A stretch of DNA of 64,000 nt, from NCBI GenBank assembly GCA_964515905.1, contig CAZEWK010000010.1, forward strand, positions 7,002-71,001. The letters are read 5' to 3'. The notes under the pieces are model-generated. The model was not told the DNA's origin. It did not search any database and saw nothing but the letters and a program-made list of their open reading frames with translations. The translations under genes were made by a program, and so were the position numbers. Shown here in pieces: positions 1 to 9,669 of the stretch (the stretch's first letter is position 1; the number at the start of each line of letters is the position of its first letter). This DNA comes from an uncultured Rhodospirillaceae bacterium (GTDB lineage Bacteria; Pseudomonadota; Alphaproteobacteria; UBA7887).

Positions 1-1924
1 TTACACTTCGGAAGACGCAGCAGTGGATACCGAAAAAGCATTGTTCAGCGAGGCTCCTCAAGTCCACGATGAAGCGGCCGGAAACTTAGCGTTTGACTGG
101 GCTCATGGACAAGAAGAGACAGTAATATCGGCATTTGACTCGTCTAAGCATATTGTAAGCTTAAAGTTGATAAACAACCGCTTGATCGTGAACTCCATGG
201 AAACCCGTGGCGCTATTGGCGATTTTGATGCCAGCACGGGCAAAGCTACTCTTCATTCCTGCACACAAGGTGGCTGGCTTCTTAAAGATCAGATTGCTAG
301 TCACACACTGAAAATTGACCCAACCCAAGTGCGGGTAGTTACGCCGGATGTAGGAGGCGGGTTCGGGATGAAGACTTTTTATTATCCAGAACAAGCTCTT
401 TGTCTTTGGGCCGCTCGAAGAGTTGGGAAGCCAGTGAAATGGATCGGAGAACGCGGGGAGTCGTTTGTTTCAGACACGATGGGACGTGATCACGTGACTA
501 ACGTAGAAATGGCTTTTGACGAGGAATACAGAATCACAGGGATGCGGGTCGATACGGTAGCAAACATGGGGGCGTATCTATCGAATTTTGGACCATTCAT
601 CCCAACATTAGCGGCTATCAAAGTGATGCCGGGCGTATACGATATTAAGGCGCTCTATGCCCGAGTGCGTGGAGTATTTACTCACACGGTGCCCGTAGAC
701 GCATACCGCGGCGCCGGACGCCCCGAATCCATCTATATGATAGAACGATTAATGGATAAAGCGGCTGGAGAACTTGGTATTGATAGAGTGGAACTACGCC
801 GCAAAAACTTTATCTCTGCAAAAGCGATGCCATTCACAACAACAGCCGAAGAAACATATGATTCTGGTGATTTTGAGGCGATAATAAATGCGGTCACCGC
901 TAAAGCTGATTGGAGAAAATTCGAAGAACGGCGAGCGAAAGGGCAATCAGAGGGAAAAAAACGTGGGATCGGCCTATGTTATTACATCGAATCAACCATG
1001 GGGGATCCGGGTGAAGCTGCAGAGGTTAAATTTGAAGAAAATGGGACTATTAGTATTTTGGTCGGAACCCAATCCAATGGACAAGGCCACGAAACAGCGT
1101 ATGCACAAGTTGCATCGGATCGACTAGGAGTCCCAATAGAACGAATTCAAGTTGTGCAAGGTGATACTGATCGTATCGCCAGCGGCGGAGGGACAGGAGG
1201 GTCACGTTCTCTGACCGCTCAAGCCACCGCCATTGACGCTGCCGCGGATCTGGTAATCGATCGTGGGAAGCATTATGCAGCGCAAAACCTTGAAGCTGCT
1301 GTTGCAGACATAGAATTTGCACAAGGGACCTTTAAAATTGCCGGAACCGACCGACAAATAACAATTATGGACTTAGCCGTGGAGGCCCGTAACATGGAAG
1401 CCCCAACTGAGGAAATTGATGGTGGTCTAGATGCCCGTGGAACTATAACGTTGCCTGCTTGGACATTTCCCAACGGATGTCACGTTGCCGAGGTAGCAAT
1501 TGACCCTGAAACAGGTGTCACGTCGTTGGAACGATATACTATTGTGGATGATTTCGGGACCCTAGTGAACCCATTACTCGTAGAAGGCCAAGTGCATGGT
1601 GGTATTGCCCAAGGCGTCGGACAGGCATTGCTGGAGCGAGTGGTATATTCAGAAGATGGCCAATTATTATCGGGCTCTTTCATGGACTACTGCATGCCTC
1701 GAGCTGATGATCTTCCTTCCTTTGAATTTTCTAATGTCGTGATTCCATGTAAAAACAATCCCCGAGGAATAAAAGGGTGTGGTGAGGCCGGATCTGTGGC
1801 ATCTCCCGCTGCAGTTATCAACGCCATAGTTGATGCTCTTTCGGAGGAAGGGATTGATCACATAGATATGCCAGCAACGCCGGAGTCTGTTTGGCAAGCT
1901 ATACAACATGCCCAAGCGAAGTAA
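1..1924 (+). CDS. xanthine dehydrogenase / CoxL-family molybdopterin-binding large subunit (form-II CoxL-like), 5' end cut by the window edge
   Basis: The frame stays open from nt 2 (YTSEDAAV...), so the ORF-track start at 23 (GTG) is internal. Motifs GGGFGMK, VDAYRGAGRPE and the C-terminal GCGEAGSVASPAAV are typical of the MoCo-binding large subunit. About 140 aa of the N-terminus are missing. Confidence 0.85.
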   Translation, partial: YTSEDAAVDTEKALFSEAPQVHDEAAGNLAFDWAHGQEETVISAFDSSKHIVSLKLINNRLIVNSMETRGAIGDFDASTGKATLHSCTQGGWLLKDQIASHTLKIDPTQVRVVTPDVGGGFGMKTFYYPEQALCLWAARRVGKPVKWIGERGESFVSDTMGRDHVTNVEMAFDEEYRITGMRVDTVANMGAYLSNFGPFIPTLAAIKVMPGVYDIKALYARVRGVFTHTVPVDAYRGAGRPESIYMIERLMDKAAGELGIDRVELRRKNFISAKAMPFTTTAEETYDSGDFEAIINAVTAKADWRKFEERRAKGQSEGKKRGIGLCYYIESTMGDPGEAAEVKFEENGTISILVGTQSNGQGHETAYAQVASDRLGVPIERIQVVQGDTDRIASGGGTGGSRSLTAQATAIDAAADLVIDRGKHYAAQNLEAAVADIEFAQGTFKIAGTDRQITIMDLAVEARNMEAPTEEIDGGLDARGTITLPAWTFPNGCHVAEVAIDPETGVTSLERYTIVDDFGTLVNPLLVEGQVHGGIAQGVGQALLERVVYSEDGQLLSGSFMDYCMPRADDLPSFEFSNVVIPCKNNPRGIKGCGEAGSVASPAAVINAIVDALSEEGIDHIDMPATPESVWQAIQHAQAK

Positions 1925-1994
1925 GACAGAAGAGTGCCCAAGAAAGCCTATATTTAGCTGGTAATTATTAGCCCGGCTAATATACAAAAGGTTT

Positions 1995-3287
1995 ATGACT
2001 ACAACGTCGCCCCGCCCTCCTTCTTTTGCAGCAAGCACCAAAGACCGATCCGAACGCAAACGATTCCCTCGGATAGTTGTACGTATTGGTATATTGCGGG
2101 CCTTAGCTAGTCGGAATTATCGAATATACGCCGAAGGAAACGCGATTTCGATGATCGGCACGTGGGTACAACGAGTTGCTGTTGGCTGGCTTGCCTGGGA
2201 CTTAACCCAATCCACAATGTGGCTTGGCTTAATTGCCTTTGCGGAACTGCTACCAACAGTATTGATTGGTCTTTTTGCTGGCGTCATTGCTGATCGGTTT
2301 AACCGGTTGCGGCTTTTTAAAATTTCCCAGGTCTTAGCAATGAGCCAAGCGGCAGCTCTTTGTGTCCTGACATTTACTAATCTAATTTCGATAGAAATAC
2401 TATTTGCGCTTACTCTATATCTTGGAGCCATCTATGGTTTCTCTCAACCAATACGGCTTTCTCTTGTTCCCAGCCTCATTCGAAGATCGGACCTGCATGC
2501 CGCAATAGCTTGCAATTCACTATTGTTTAACATTGCAAGATTTATAGGTCCCATTCTCGCGGGGCTTATAATTATTAGTTGGGGAATTGCTCCAGCATTT
2601 GCCATTAATATGGCGACTTATGTCATCCTTTTATACTGTGCATCGCTACTTAACCCACGAAATAGTATTGAAAGCCAGAAAAAAAATAGTGGCATTATAC
2701 GAGAAATTCTTGATGGCGTTCTATACGCCTTTAACCACCCTGCAATTAGGACAATGCTAATTCTTTTTGCCTTCACAGCTGCATTTGGAAGACCGTTTGC
2801 AGAATTACTTCCAGGTTTTTCCGCTGGAATTTACCAGAAAGGTGCTCTGGGATTGGCATGGCTAACCTCGGCTACGGGCCTTGGAGCAATACTCGCAGGC
2901 ATTTATCTCAGTCAAAGAAGAACTACAGATGGACTAAGAGAATTGATTTTACTGAACACTGGATTGTTCGGAGTTGCCCTAATAACATTGGTTGCCACTA
3001 ACTGGTTTTGGGTAGCGGTATTTTCCGTAACATTAGCCGGATTCTCAATGGTCATCTGTGCTGTAGGGGCCCAATCTTTGATTCAAGAGGCGGTAGATGG
3101 AAATATGCGAGGTCGCGTATTAAGTCTTTATGGTTTTGTTTTTCGCACGGGAGTAGCAATAGGTAGTCTTACAATTGGCACTGTCGCCTCAGAGATAGGC
3201 CTGCCTTGGCCCGTTCGGATTGGGGCTTTTGCGTGTGTGGTTGCCGCTTTTATAATGTGGAGAAGGCTTCGCCCAAATATTAGATGA
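1995..3287 (+). CDS. MFS transporter (MFS_3 / enterobactin-exporter-like architecture)
   Basis: 430 aa, about 12 hydrophobic segments, basic N-terminus. The loop after TM2 (GVIADRFNRLRL) resembles the MFS signature. Confidence 0.7.
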   Translation: MTTTSPRPPSFAASTKDRSERKRFPRIVVRIGILRALASRNYRIYAEGNAISMIGTWVQRVAVGWLAWDLTQSTMWLGLIAFAELLPTVLIGLFAGVIADRFNRLRLFKISQVLAMSQAAALCVLTFTNLISIEILFALTLYLGAIYGFSQPIRLSLVPSLIRRSDLHAAIACNSLLFNIARFIGPILAGLIIISWGIAPAFAINMATYVILLYCASLLNPRNSIESQKKNSGIIREILDGVLYAFNHPAIRTMLILFAFTAAFGRPFAELLPGFSAGIYQKGALGLAWLTSATGLGAILAGIYLSQRRTTDGLRELILLNTGLFGVALITLVATNWFWVAVFSVTLAGFSMVICAVGAQSLIQEAVDGNMRGRVLSLYGFVFRTGVAIGSLTIGTVASEIGLPWPVRIGAFACVVAAFIMWRRLRPNIR

Positions 3288-3300
3288 CACTTTACCGAGC

Positions 3301-3714
3301 CTAAAACATACCCAACTCAAGTTTTGCATCCTCTGTCATCATGTTTTGATTCCATGGCGGCTCCCAAACGAGCCGAACGTTTACGAGACCTGCTCCCTCA
3401 ATTGAGGCAACTGCATCAGCAACCCATTGAGGCATTTCACCGGCGACAGGACAGCCTGGAGCAGTCAACGTCATTTCAATTTCGATATTTCCATCTTCTT
3501 TGATTTGATTTTTGTAAACTAGGCCCAAGTCATAAATGTTAACGGGAATCTCTGGGTCATACACAGTACGAAGCGCTTCTATAACCCCAGAGGGATCCGC
3601 TGTTTTTACATTGGGAGCAAGAGGTTCGCCTGCCTGTGCCGAAAAGTCACTGTCTGGGTTGACAGTTGGCATAAAATCTTTGACTGAGAGTCCATCTTCA
3701 TTCGCCATCCACAC
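3301..3714 (-). CDS. sufT: SUF-associated DUF59 Fe-S assembly protein (SufT-like)
   Basis: 137 aa. DUF59 core: VYDPEIPVNIYDLGLVY ... TLTAPGCPVAG. Last gene of the suf cluster. Confidence 0.75.
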   Translation of the reverse strand: MWMANEDGLSVKDFMPTVNPDSDFSAQAGEPLAPNVKTADPSGVIEALRTVYDPEIPVNIYDLGLVYKNQIKEDGNIEIEMTLTAPGCPVAGEMPQWVADAVASIEGAGLVNVRLVWEPPWNQNMMTEDAKLELGMF

Positions 3715-3724
3715 ACCTCAATAA

Positions 3725-4174
3725 TTATTCAGTCGCAACAGTTGCACTGTCATTGTTAAGTGCAGAGGCCATACTGTGCCACGCTAATGTTGCACACTTA
3801 ACTCTCATCGGAAAATCACGAACCCCAGCGAGTACTTCTAATTCTTCAAGCCCATCATCTAACTCTATCAGATCATCGCCTGCAACAAAGTTGTGAAATG
3901 TTTTAAACAACGCATTGGCCTCCGACTCTGTTTTTCCAGCAACTAGCTCTGTCATTATGGATGCAGAAGCTATGGAAATTGCACAACCCTTCCCTTCGAA
4001 ATGCACTTTCTCGACTACGCCATTCGAAATCAACATATAGATCGTCACAACATCACCACACAGTGGATTATGTCCTTTTGCGGACCGGTTTGAGTCTTCC
4101 AAAGCACCAAAATTCCGGGGACTCCGGTTATGATCTAGTATTATTTCCTGATAGAGCTCGCGTAAATCAGACAT
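3725..4174 (-). CDS. sufU: SUF system NifU-family scaffold / sulfur-transfer protein (SufU type)
   Basis: Three conserved Cys contexts: NPLCGD, GKGCAIS, VKCATLAW. The long spacing between Cys2 and Cys3 and the absence of LPPVK fit SufU rather than IscU. TAATG 1-nt overlap with sufS. Confidence 0.8.
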   Translation of the reverse strand: MSDLRELYQEIILDHNRSPRNFGALEDSNRSAKGHNPLCGDVVTIYMLISNGVVEKVHFEGKGCAISIASASIMTELVAGKTESEANALFKTFHNFVAGDDLIELDDGLEELEVLAGVRDFPMRVKCATLAWHSMASALNNDSATVATE

Positions 4175-5451
4175 TAACCAAAAATTTCCCTTACTTTAGA
4201 TAAACCCTTAACGAGCATATCGACATCGTCTCTTCCATTATACATCCCTAGAGATGCCCGTACTGTAGATGCTACTCCAAATCGTTCCATGACTGGCTGG
4301 GCACAGTGGTGTCCCGTGCGAACTGCAATTCCATCTTGATCTAAAATAGTTCCAATATCATGAGCATGGATATCATCAAATACAAACGATATCACACCTG
4401 ATTTCTCACGTGCCTGCCCTACTACACGAAGATCGTTAATTTGAGAGAGCTGCTCGGTCGCGTATTCAAAAACCAGTGATTCGTGCTTTGAAATCTGATC
4501 TAATCCGACTGATGACACATAATCAACGGCTGCTCCAAGACCAATCGCACCTGCAATATTAGGAGTACCCGCTTCGAACTTATATGGTAGTCCAGCATAT
4601 TCTGTTTTCTCAAAGGTGACAGAATTGATCATGTCCCCACCCCCCTGATAAGGGGGCATGGCATCCAAAAGCTCTTCTCGCGCATACAACACACCGACAC
4701 CACTTGGTCCATAAAGTTTATGACCGGAAAAAACGTAAAAATCACAGTCCAGACTCTGCACATCTACAGGCATATGCGGGATTGCCTGGCATCCATCTAT
4801 CAACACCCGTGCTCCAACAGACCTGCCCATTTCACATATCTTTTTCACCGGAAGAATCGTCCCCAACGCGTTTGCGACATGCGTTATAGCTATCAGTTTA
4901 GTACGGGGTCCCAGCATTTCTCCCAATTTACTCAAAATCAATTCGCCGTTATCATCAATTGGAGCAACTTTCAGCACTATACCTTTTTGGTCTCGCAAAA
5001 ATTGCCATGGCACGATATTAGAATGGTGCTCCATATGGCTGATAAGAACTTCGTCCCCTGGTTTCAAGAAGCAACCTCCATAGCTGCTAGCTACTAGATT
5101 GATCCCTTCTGTGGCACCACGAACAAAAACTATTTCAGTAGTCTTCGACGCATTAACAAATTGTCGAATGGTTTCTCGAGCAGCGTCATACCTTTCTGTT
5201 GCACGTTGACTAAGCCAGTAAACTCCCCTGTGCACGTTCGCATACTCTTCTTCATAACACTTCCGCACCGCATCAATCACTTGTTTGGGCTTTTGTGTGC
5301 TAGCAGCACTATCGAGAAATGTTAATCTTTGTCCGTGTGGCTTTTGGCGTAGCACCGGAAAATCTTTCCTTATCCCAGGCAGATCAAAGGGAACAGAGTC
5401 AAATTTTTGCCCAAAGGCAGAAGTCGATTCTTTTGATACAGCCATCAGCAT
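4174..5451 (-). CDS. sufS: cysteine desulfurase SufS (group II, PLP-dependent)
   Basis: 425 aa. Motifs FLDSAASTQKP, HRGVY, FSGHKLYGPSGVGVLY (PLP Lys) and RTGHHCAQP (active-site Cys loop). The start abuts the sufD stop. Confidence 0.93.
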   Translation of the reverse strand: MLMAVSKESTSAFGQKFDSVPFDLPGIRKDFPVLRQKPHGQRLTFLDSAASTQKPKQVIDAVRKCYEEEYANVHRGVYWLSQRATERYDAARETIRQFVNASKTTEIVFVRGATEGINLVASSYGGCFLKPGDEVLISHMEHHSNIVPWQFLRDQKGIVLKVAPIDDNGELILSKLGEMLGPRTKLIAITHVANALGTILPVKKICEMGRSVGARVLIDGCQAIPHMPVDVQSLDCDFYVFSGHKLYGPSGVGVLYAREELLDAMPPYQGGGDMINSVTFEKTEYAGLPYKFEAGTPNIAGAIGLGAAVDYVSSVGLDQISKHESLVFEYATEQLSQINDLRVVGQAREKSGVISFVFDDIHAHDIGTILDQDGIAVRTGHHCAQPVMERFGVASTVRASLGMYNGRDDVDMLVKGLSKVREIFG

Positions 5452-6813
5452 TCAAACCGTTTCCAAGAGCCAGGTTTCAAATATATCTCTAAAATATTTC
5501 CGAACTGGAACATCAGCTAAATTGTCAATTATTTCCCCGACAAATGCATCGATCAACAAAGCTCTCGCTTTCGTCTCATTAATTCCACGGGCACGCAAAT
5601 AAAATAGTGCGGTCTCATCCAAGTCACCGATAGTAGACCCATGTGCACATTGAACATCATCGTTTAGTATTTCTAGTTCGGGTTTGCTGGCGGCCTCCGA
5701 TGTTTCCGACAAAAGTAAATTATTATTGAGTTGGCGCGCATCACTTTTAATGGCGTTTGGCCAAACTCTAATTTTACCCTGGAAACTAGCGCGCGCAGAA
5801 TCGGCGATTACACCTTTATAAACTTCATGCGTTGTACAACTAGGTGCCATGTGATCCACCCGCGTCCAATTATCCATTCGCTGTTCACCTCGTGCAAGAT
5901 AAACCCCGTCCAAAAGGCAATTGGCGCGACCTTCCTCTGACCAAACACGAATCTCGTTCCGTGACACACCACCACCGTTGGAAAAAACAAAGCTATTATA
6001 AGTACTGTCTTTGGCTAACTTCACGTGACTCGTGCCAATATGCACTGTACTAATTGGCTCGTTCTGGTGTTTATAATGGCAGATGCGAGCGCCCGATCCC
6101 ACCGATAGCTGGGAAAATGAGTTAGAACAATGCCCCTCACCAGGCTTACCAATGAATGTTTCAAAAATAGTTGCTCGCGCACCATCGTCAGCAACCACCA
6201 GAGTTCGAGGATGGCTCATTGCCGAATGTCCATTTTCCGGCACACTGACATGAACAAGGTGTATTGGAGCATCTGGAGATACGTTTCTATCTAAATGGAC
6301 AACCGCTCCTCCCGACATAAATGCAGTGTTCAATGCCACCATTGCATGTGGCTTTGGATCACTTTCGCCAGACAATCGGTTCTCGGTCAAGGATTCTAAA
6401 CCCATCCAATGCTCTTCCAACATTGCGGGACAATCAGCAAACGAAGATTCAATAGACGATACTTTCACACCCGTAGGCAATACTCCCAATTCCGATAAAT
6501 CAGGGCGAAAATAACCGTTTACAAAAACCATACGATGACAGGGTGTGGGGTCAAGAAAGCAGGTCTCAAGGAACTCACGCTTGATCCCATCCACAGTAGG
6601 ACCTGCCAGCAACATATTCGATTTAAGAACCCGGGAAAGATTAATATATTTCCACTCCTCCACACGAGATGTCGGAATTCCGCATTGCCTAAATCGTTCC
6701 ATTGCACTACTACGAAGATCAACCAGCCAAGGCATGCTTGATCCGGGCAACCTGTCTTTCAAATTTATAAATAGATCAGCAAACAGGTTGCTGTTTTCTG
6801 TTATTGCGTTCAT
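5452..6813 (-). CDS. sufD: Fe-S cluster assembly protein SufD
   Basis: 453 aa. Position between sufC and sufS, with a C-terminal SufB/D beta-helix signature (NLLLS..A....PELEI..DDV.C.HG.T.G). Confidence 0.9.
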   Translation of the reverse strand: MNAITENSNLFADLFINLKDRLPGSSMPWLVDLRSSAMERFRQCGIPTSRVEEWKYINLSRVLKSNMLLAGPTVDGIKREFLETCFLDPTPCHRMVFVNGYFRPDLSELGVLPTGVKVSSIESSFADCPAMLEEHWMGLESLTENRLSGESDPKPHAMVALNTAFMSGGAVVHLDRNVSPDAPIHLVHVSVPENGHSAMSHPRTLVVADDGARATIFETFIGKPGEGHCSNSFSQLSVGSGARICHYKHQNEPISTVHIGTSHVKLAKDSTYNSFVFSNGGGVSRNEIRVWSEEGRANCLLDGVYLARGEQRMDNWTRVDHMAPSCTTHEVYKGVIADSARASFQGKIRVWPNAIKSDARQLNNNLLLSETSEAASKPELEILNDDVQCAHGSTIGDLDETALFYLRARGINETKARALLIDAFVGEIIDNLADVPVRKYFRDIFETWLLETV

Positions 6814-6842
6814 GAGTTTTTACAAGACTAGCCAGTTCCTAA

Positions 6843-7595
6843 TCAACTTGCTTCCAACACTTCTGCATAGCCATTTTCTTCTAATTCTATTGCAAGCTCC
6901 TTACCACCAGAGCGAACAATTTTACCATTCGCCAAAACGTGAACTTGGTCCGGAACTATATACTCTAGTAACCTTTGATAATGTGTGATCACAAGCATCG
7001 CTCGGTCGGCATCGCGGAGACGATTTATCCCATCCGCTACAATTTTAAGTGCATCAATATCAAGACCTGAATCGGTTTCATCGAGGATCGCGAGACGGGG
7101 TTCCAGAATTGCCATCTGCAAAACCTCGTTCCGCTTCTTCTCACCCCCTGAAAAGCCCACGTTAACTTGCCTGCTTAAAACATCTTCACTCATTTTAAGC
7201 TGCTTCAACTTCGCACGCGCTTCTTTGAGAAAAGCCATCGCGCTTATTTCATCTTGGCCACGAGATACTCGAATCGCGTTTACTGCTGTTCTAAGAAATG
7301 TTGCATTTGCAACTCCAGGGATTTCTACTGGGTATTGAAACGCCAGAAATACACCTTCACGGGCTCGTGCGTCGGGCGACAGTTCCAAAAGATTATTCCC
7401 GTTATACAGAATTTGACCTTTGTCGATCTGGTATCCATCCCGACCAGACAAGACATACGCTAGTGTACTCTTCCCTGATCCGTTAGGGCCCATAACGGCA
7501 TGAACCTCTCCAGCCTGAACCGATAAATTCACCCCCCGAAGAATAGACTTCCCATCAATTGACGTGTGTAAATCACAAATCTGAAGCATCAACAC
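6843..7595 (-). CDS. sufC: Fe-S cluster assembly ATPase SufC
   Basis: Walker A GPNGSGKST, ABC signature FSGGEKKRNE, Walker B AILDETDSGLD, H-loop ITHY. Confidence 0.95.
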   Translation of the reverse strand: MLMLQICDLHTSIDGKSILRGVNLSVQAGEVHAVMGPNGSGKSTLAYVLSGRDGYQIDKGQILYNGNNLLELSPDARAREGVFLAFQYPVEIPGVANATFLRTAVNAIRVSRGQDEISAMAFLKEARAKLKQLKMSEDVLSRQVNVGFSGGEKKRNEVLQMAILEPRLAILDETDSGLDIDALKIVADGINRLRDADRAMLVITHYQRLLEYIVPDQVHVLANGKIVRSGGKELAIELEENGYAEVLEAS

Positions 7596-7619
7596 CTTTC
7601 CTTAAACATGATCATTGGA

Positions 7620-9080
7620 TCAACCAATTGCTCCTTCTAGGCTAATACCGAGCAATTTTTGGGCTTCAACAGCGAATTCCATAGGGAGTTTCTGCAAAAC
7701 ATCCCTACAAAATCCATTAACAATGAGAGACACTGCCTCCTCATCAGTAAGCCCACGTTGTCGACAATAAAAAAGTTGGTCGTCACTAATTTTTGACGTA
7801 GTGGCCTCATGCTCTATTTTTGCAGTCTGATTTTTAGCTTCTATATAAGGAACAGTGTGACCTCCACATTTATCCCCTATCAACAGTGAGTCACACTGAG
7901 TATAGTTACGGGCATTATCGGCCTTCCCTAATACACGCACTAAACCACGATATGTTTGTTGACCATGACCCGCAGAAATTCCTTTTGAAATGATAGTACT
8001 GGAAGAATTGCGCCCTATATGAATCATTTTAGTCCCAGTGTCAGCCTGCTGCCGGTTATTTGTGATAGCCACAGAGTAAAACTCTCCCTTCGAATTATCT
8101 CCTTGTAAAAGGACGCTCGGATATTTCCAAGTAATTGCTGAACCGGTCTCAACTTGGGTCCATGAAATTTTAGAATTTTTCCCTCGGCATGCTCCGCGCT
8201 TTGTTACAAAATTATAAATTCCCCCTATCCCTTCTTTATCGCCAGGATACCAGTTTTGTACGGTCGAGTATTTTATCTCTGCATCATCTAAGGCCACTAG
8301 CTCCACTACAGCGGCATGGAGTTGATGTTCACTTCTCATTGGTGCGGTGCATCCCTCCAGATAACTGACCTGTGATCCTTCATCAGCAATAATTAAGGTT
8401 CGCTCAAACTGACCTGTTTCTGCGGCATTAATCCGAAAATAAGTCGACAATTCCATAGGGCAGCGGACACCCTTAGGTATGTAAACAAAAGAGCCATCAC
8501 TAAACACTGCAGAATTTAGAGTTGCGTAGAAATTGTCAGCAGCTGGGACAACGCTCCCTAAATACTTACGTACTATTTCAGGATGTGTCCTGACGGCCTC
8601 TGAAATAGAACAAAAAATAATACCGAGTTCAGCAAGCTTTCCTTTAAATGTTGTCGCCACAGAAACACTATCAAACACAGCATCTACAGCAACACCAGCC
8701 AGGGCTTCCTGTTCCTTAAGAGGAATTCCAAGTTTCTCGTAGGTTTCAAGCAACTCGGGGTCCACTTCATCTAGACTTTTCGGAGCCTCACCCTGTTTTG
8801 GTGCCGCATAATAATAGGCATTCTGGAAATCAATGGCTTTGTGGCAGACGTTAGCCCACCCAGGACCCTTACTTTCTGATTTTAACCATAAGTCAAATGC
8901 TTTTAATCGCCATTGTAAAAGCCATTCCGGTTCTTCTTTTTTCGCAGATATAAACCGGACAATGTTTTCATTTAAGCCTTTAGGGGCAAGTTCGGAGTCT
9001 ATGTCAGTATAAAAACCATATTTATAATCTCCTCCGGTAGCCTCTTCGACACTCCTCACTGTTTCAACGGATGCGGCCAT
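7620..9080 (-). CDS. sufB: Fe-S cluster assembly scaffold SufB
   Basis: 486 aa with highly conserved SufB blocks ([31 protein letters not shown]; [22 protein letters not shown]). Confidence 0.95.
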   Translation of the reverse strand: MAASVETVRSVEEATGGDYKYGFYTDIDSELAPKGLNENIVRFISAKKEEPEWLLQWRLKAFDLWLKSESKGPGWANVCHKAIDFQNAYYYAAPKQGEAPKSLDEVDPELLETYEKLGIPLKEQEALAGVAVDAVFDSVSVATTFKGKLAELGIIFCSISEAVRTHPEIVRKYLGSVVPAADNFYATLNSAVFSDGSFVYIPKGVRCPMELSTYFRINAAETGQFERTLIIADEGSQVSYLEGCTAPMRSEHQLHAAVVELVALDDAEIKYSTVQNWYPGDKEGIGGIYNFVTKRGACRGKNSKISWTQVETGSAITWKYPSVLLQGDNSKGEFYSVAITNNRQQADTGTKMIHIGRNSSSTIISKGISAGHGQQTYRGLVRVLGKADNARNYTQCDSLLIGDKCGGHTVPYIEAKNQTAKIEHEATTSKISDDQLFYCRQRGLTDEEAVSLIVNGFCRDVLQKLPMEFAVEAQKLLGISLEGAIG

Positions 9081-9126
9081 AATCTTTTCTAACTTCTATA
9101 AAAGGGTGATAGTAAAAAACTGAAAA

Positions 9127-9594
9127 TTACGTTCTATCTGACACATTAGTCGGAAATGGCGATAATGGATCAAGATTCATAACAGTGGGCGTCGAAATTT
9201 CCCACAAAGAAACTCCCCGAAGAGCGTCACAAAGCGCCTCGTTGATGCGCCGCCAATTAGGTTGAGATGGACAAATACTCTCGAAATCACATTGAGCACC
9301 ATCGTTTTCAAGGCAAACTGTAAGAGCTATTGGCCCATCAACGGCCGCAATAATCTGTTCGACAGAGATGACCTTTGGTGGAAGGGCTAACCGATAACCT
9401 CCATCACGACCACGTATTGAGTCTAATAGACCCGCCCTTGCTAAGGTCGCTAGAACTTTGCTGACAGTTGGAATTGGCAACCGAGTATTTTCGGACAAGT
9501 GGATGGCTGTATGCACATCGTCAGGCTCACGCGCCATATAACTCATTAACAAAACCCCGTAGTCCGCCAGGCGACTCAGTCGAATCATGGTCAC
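9127..9594 (-). CDS. Rrf2-family transcriptional regulator (IscR/SUF-regulator type, probable Fe-S sensing)
   Basis: N-terminal wHTH (RLSRLADYGVLLMSYMA ... VSKVLATLARAGLLDSIRGRDGGYRL) and a Cys triad C-x7-C-x5-C (CLENDGAQCDFESIC). Lies immediately upstream of sufB. Confidence 0.85.
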   Translation of the reverse strand: MTMIRLSRLADYGVLLMSYMAREPDDVHTAIHLSENTRLPIPTVSKVLATLARAGLLDSIRGRDGGYRLALPPKVISVEQIIAAVDGPIALTVCLENDGAQCDFESICPSQPNWRRINEALCDALRGVSLWEISTPTVMNLDPLSPFPTNVSDRT

Positions 9595-9669
9595 TTATTC
9601 CCTAATATTTCCCGATATTCAGCAATTAATCGTAACGCATTATAAAAACTTTACTAAAATAGTACAGTT

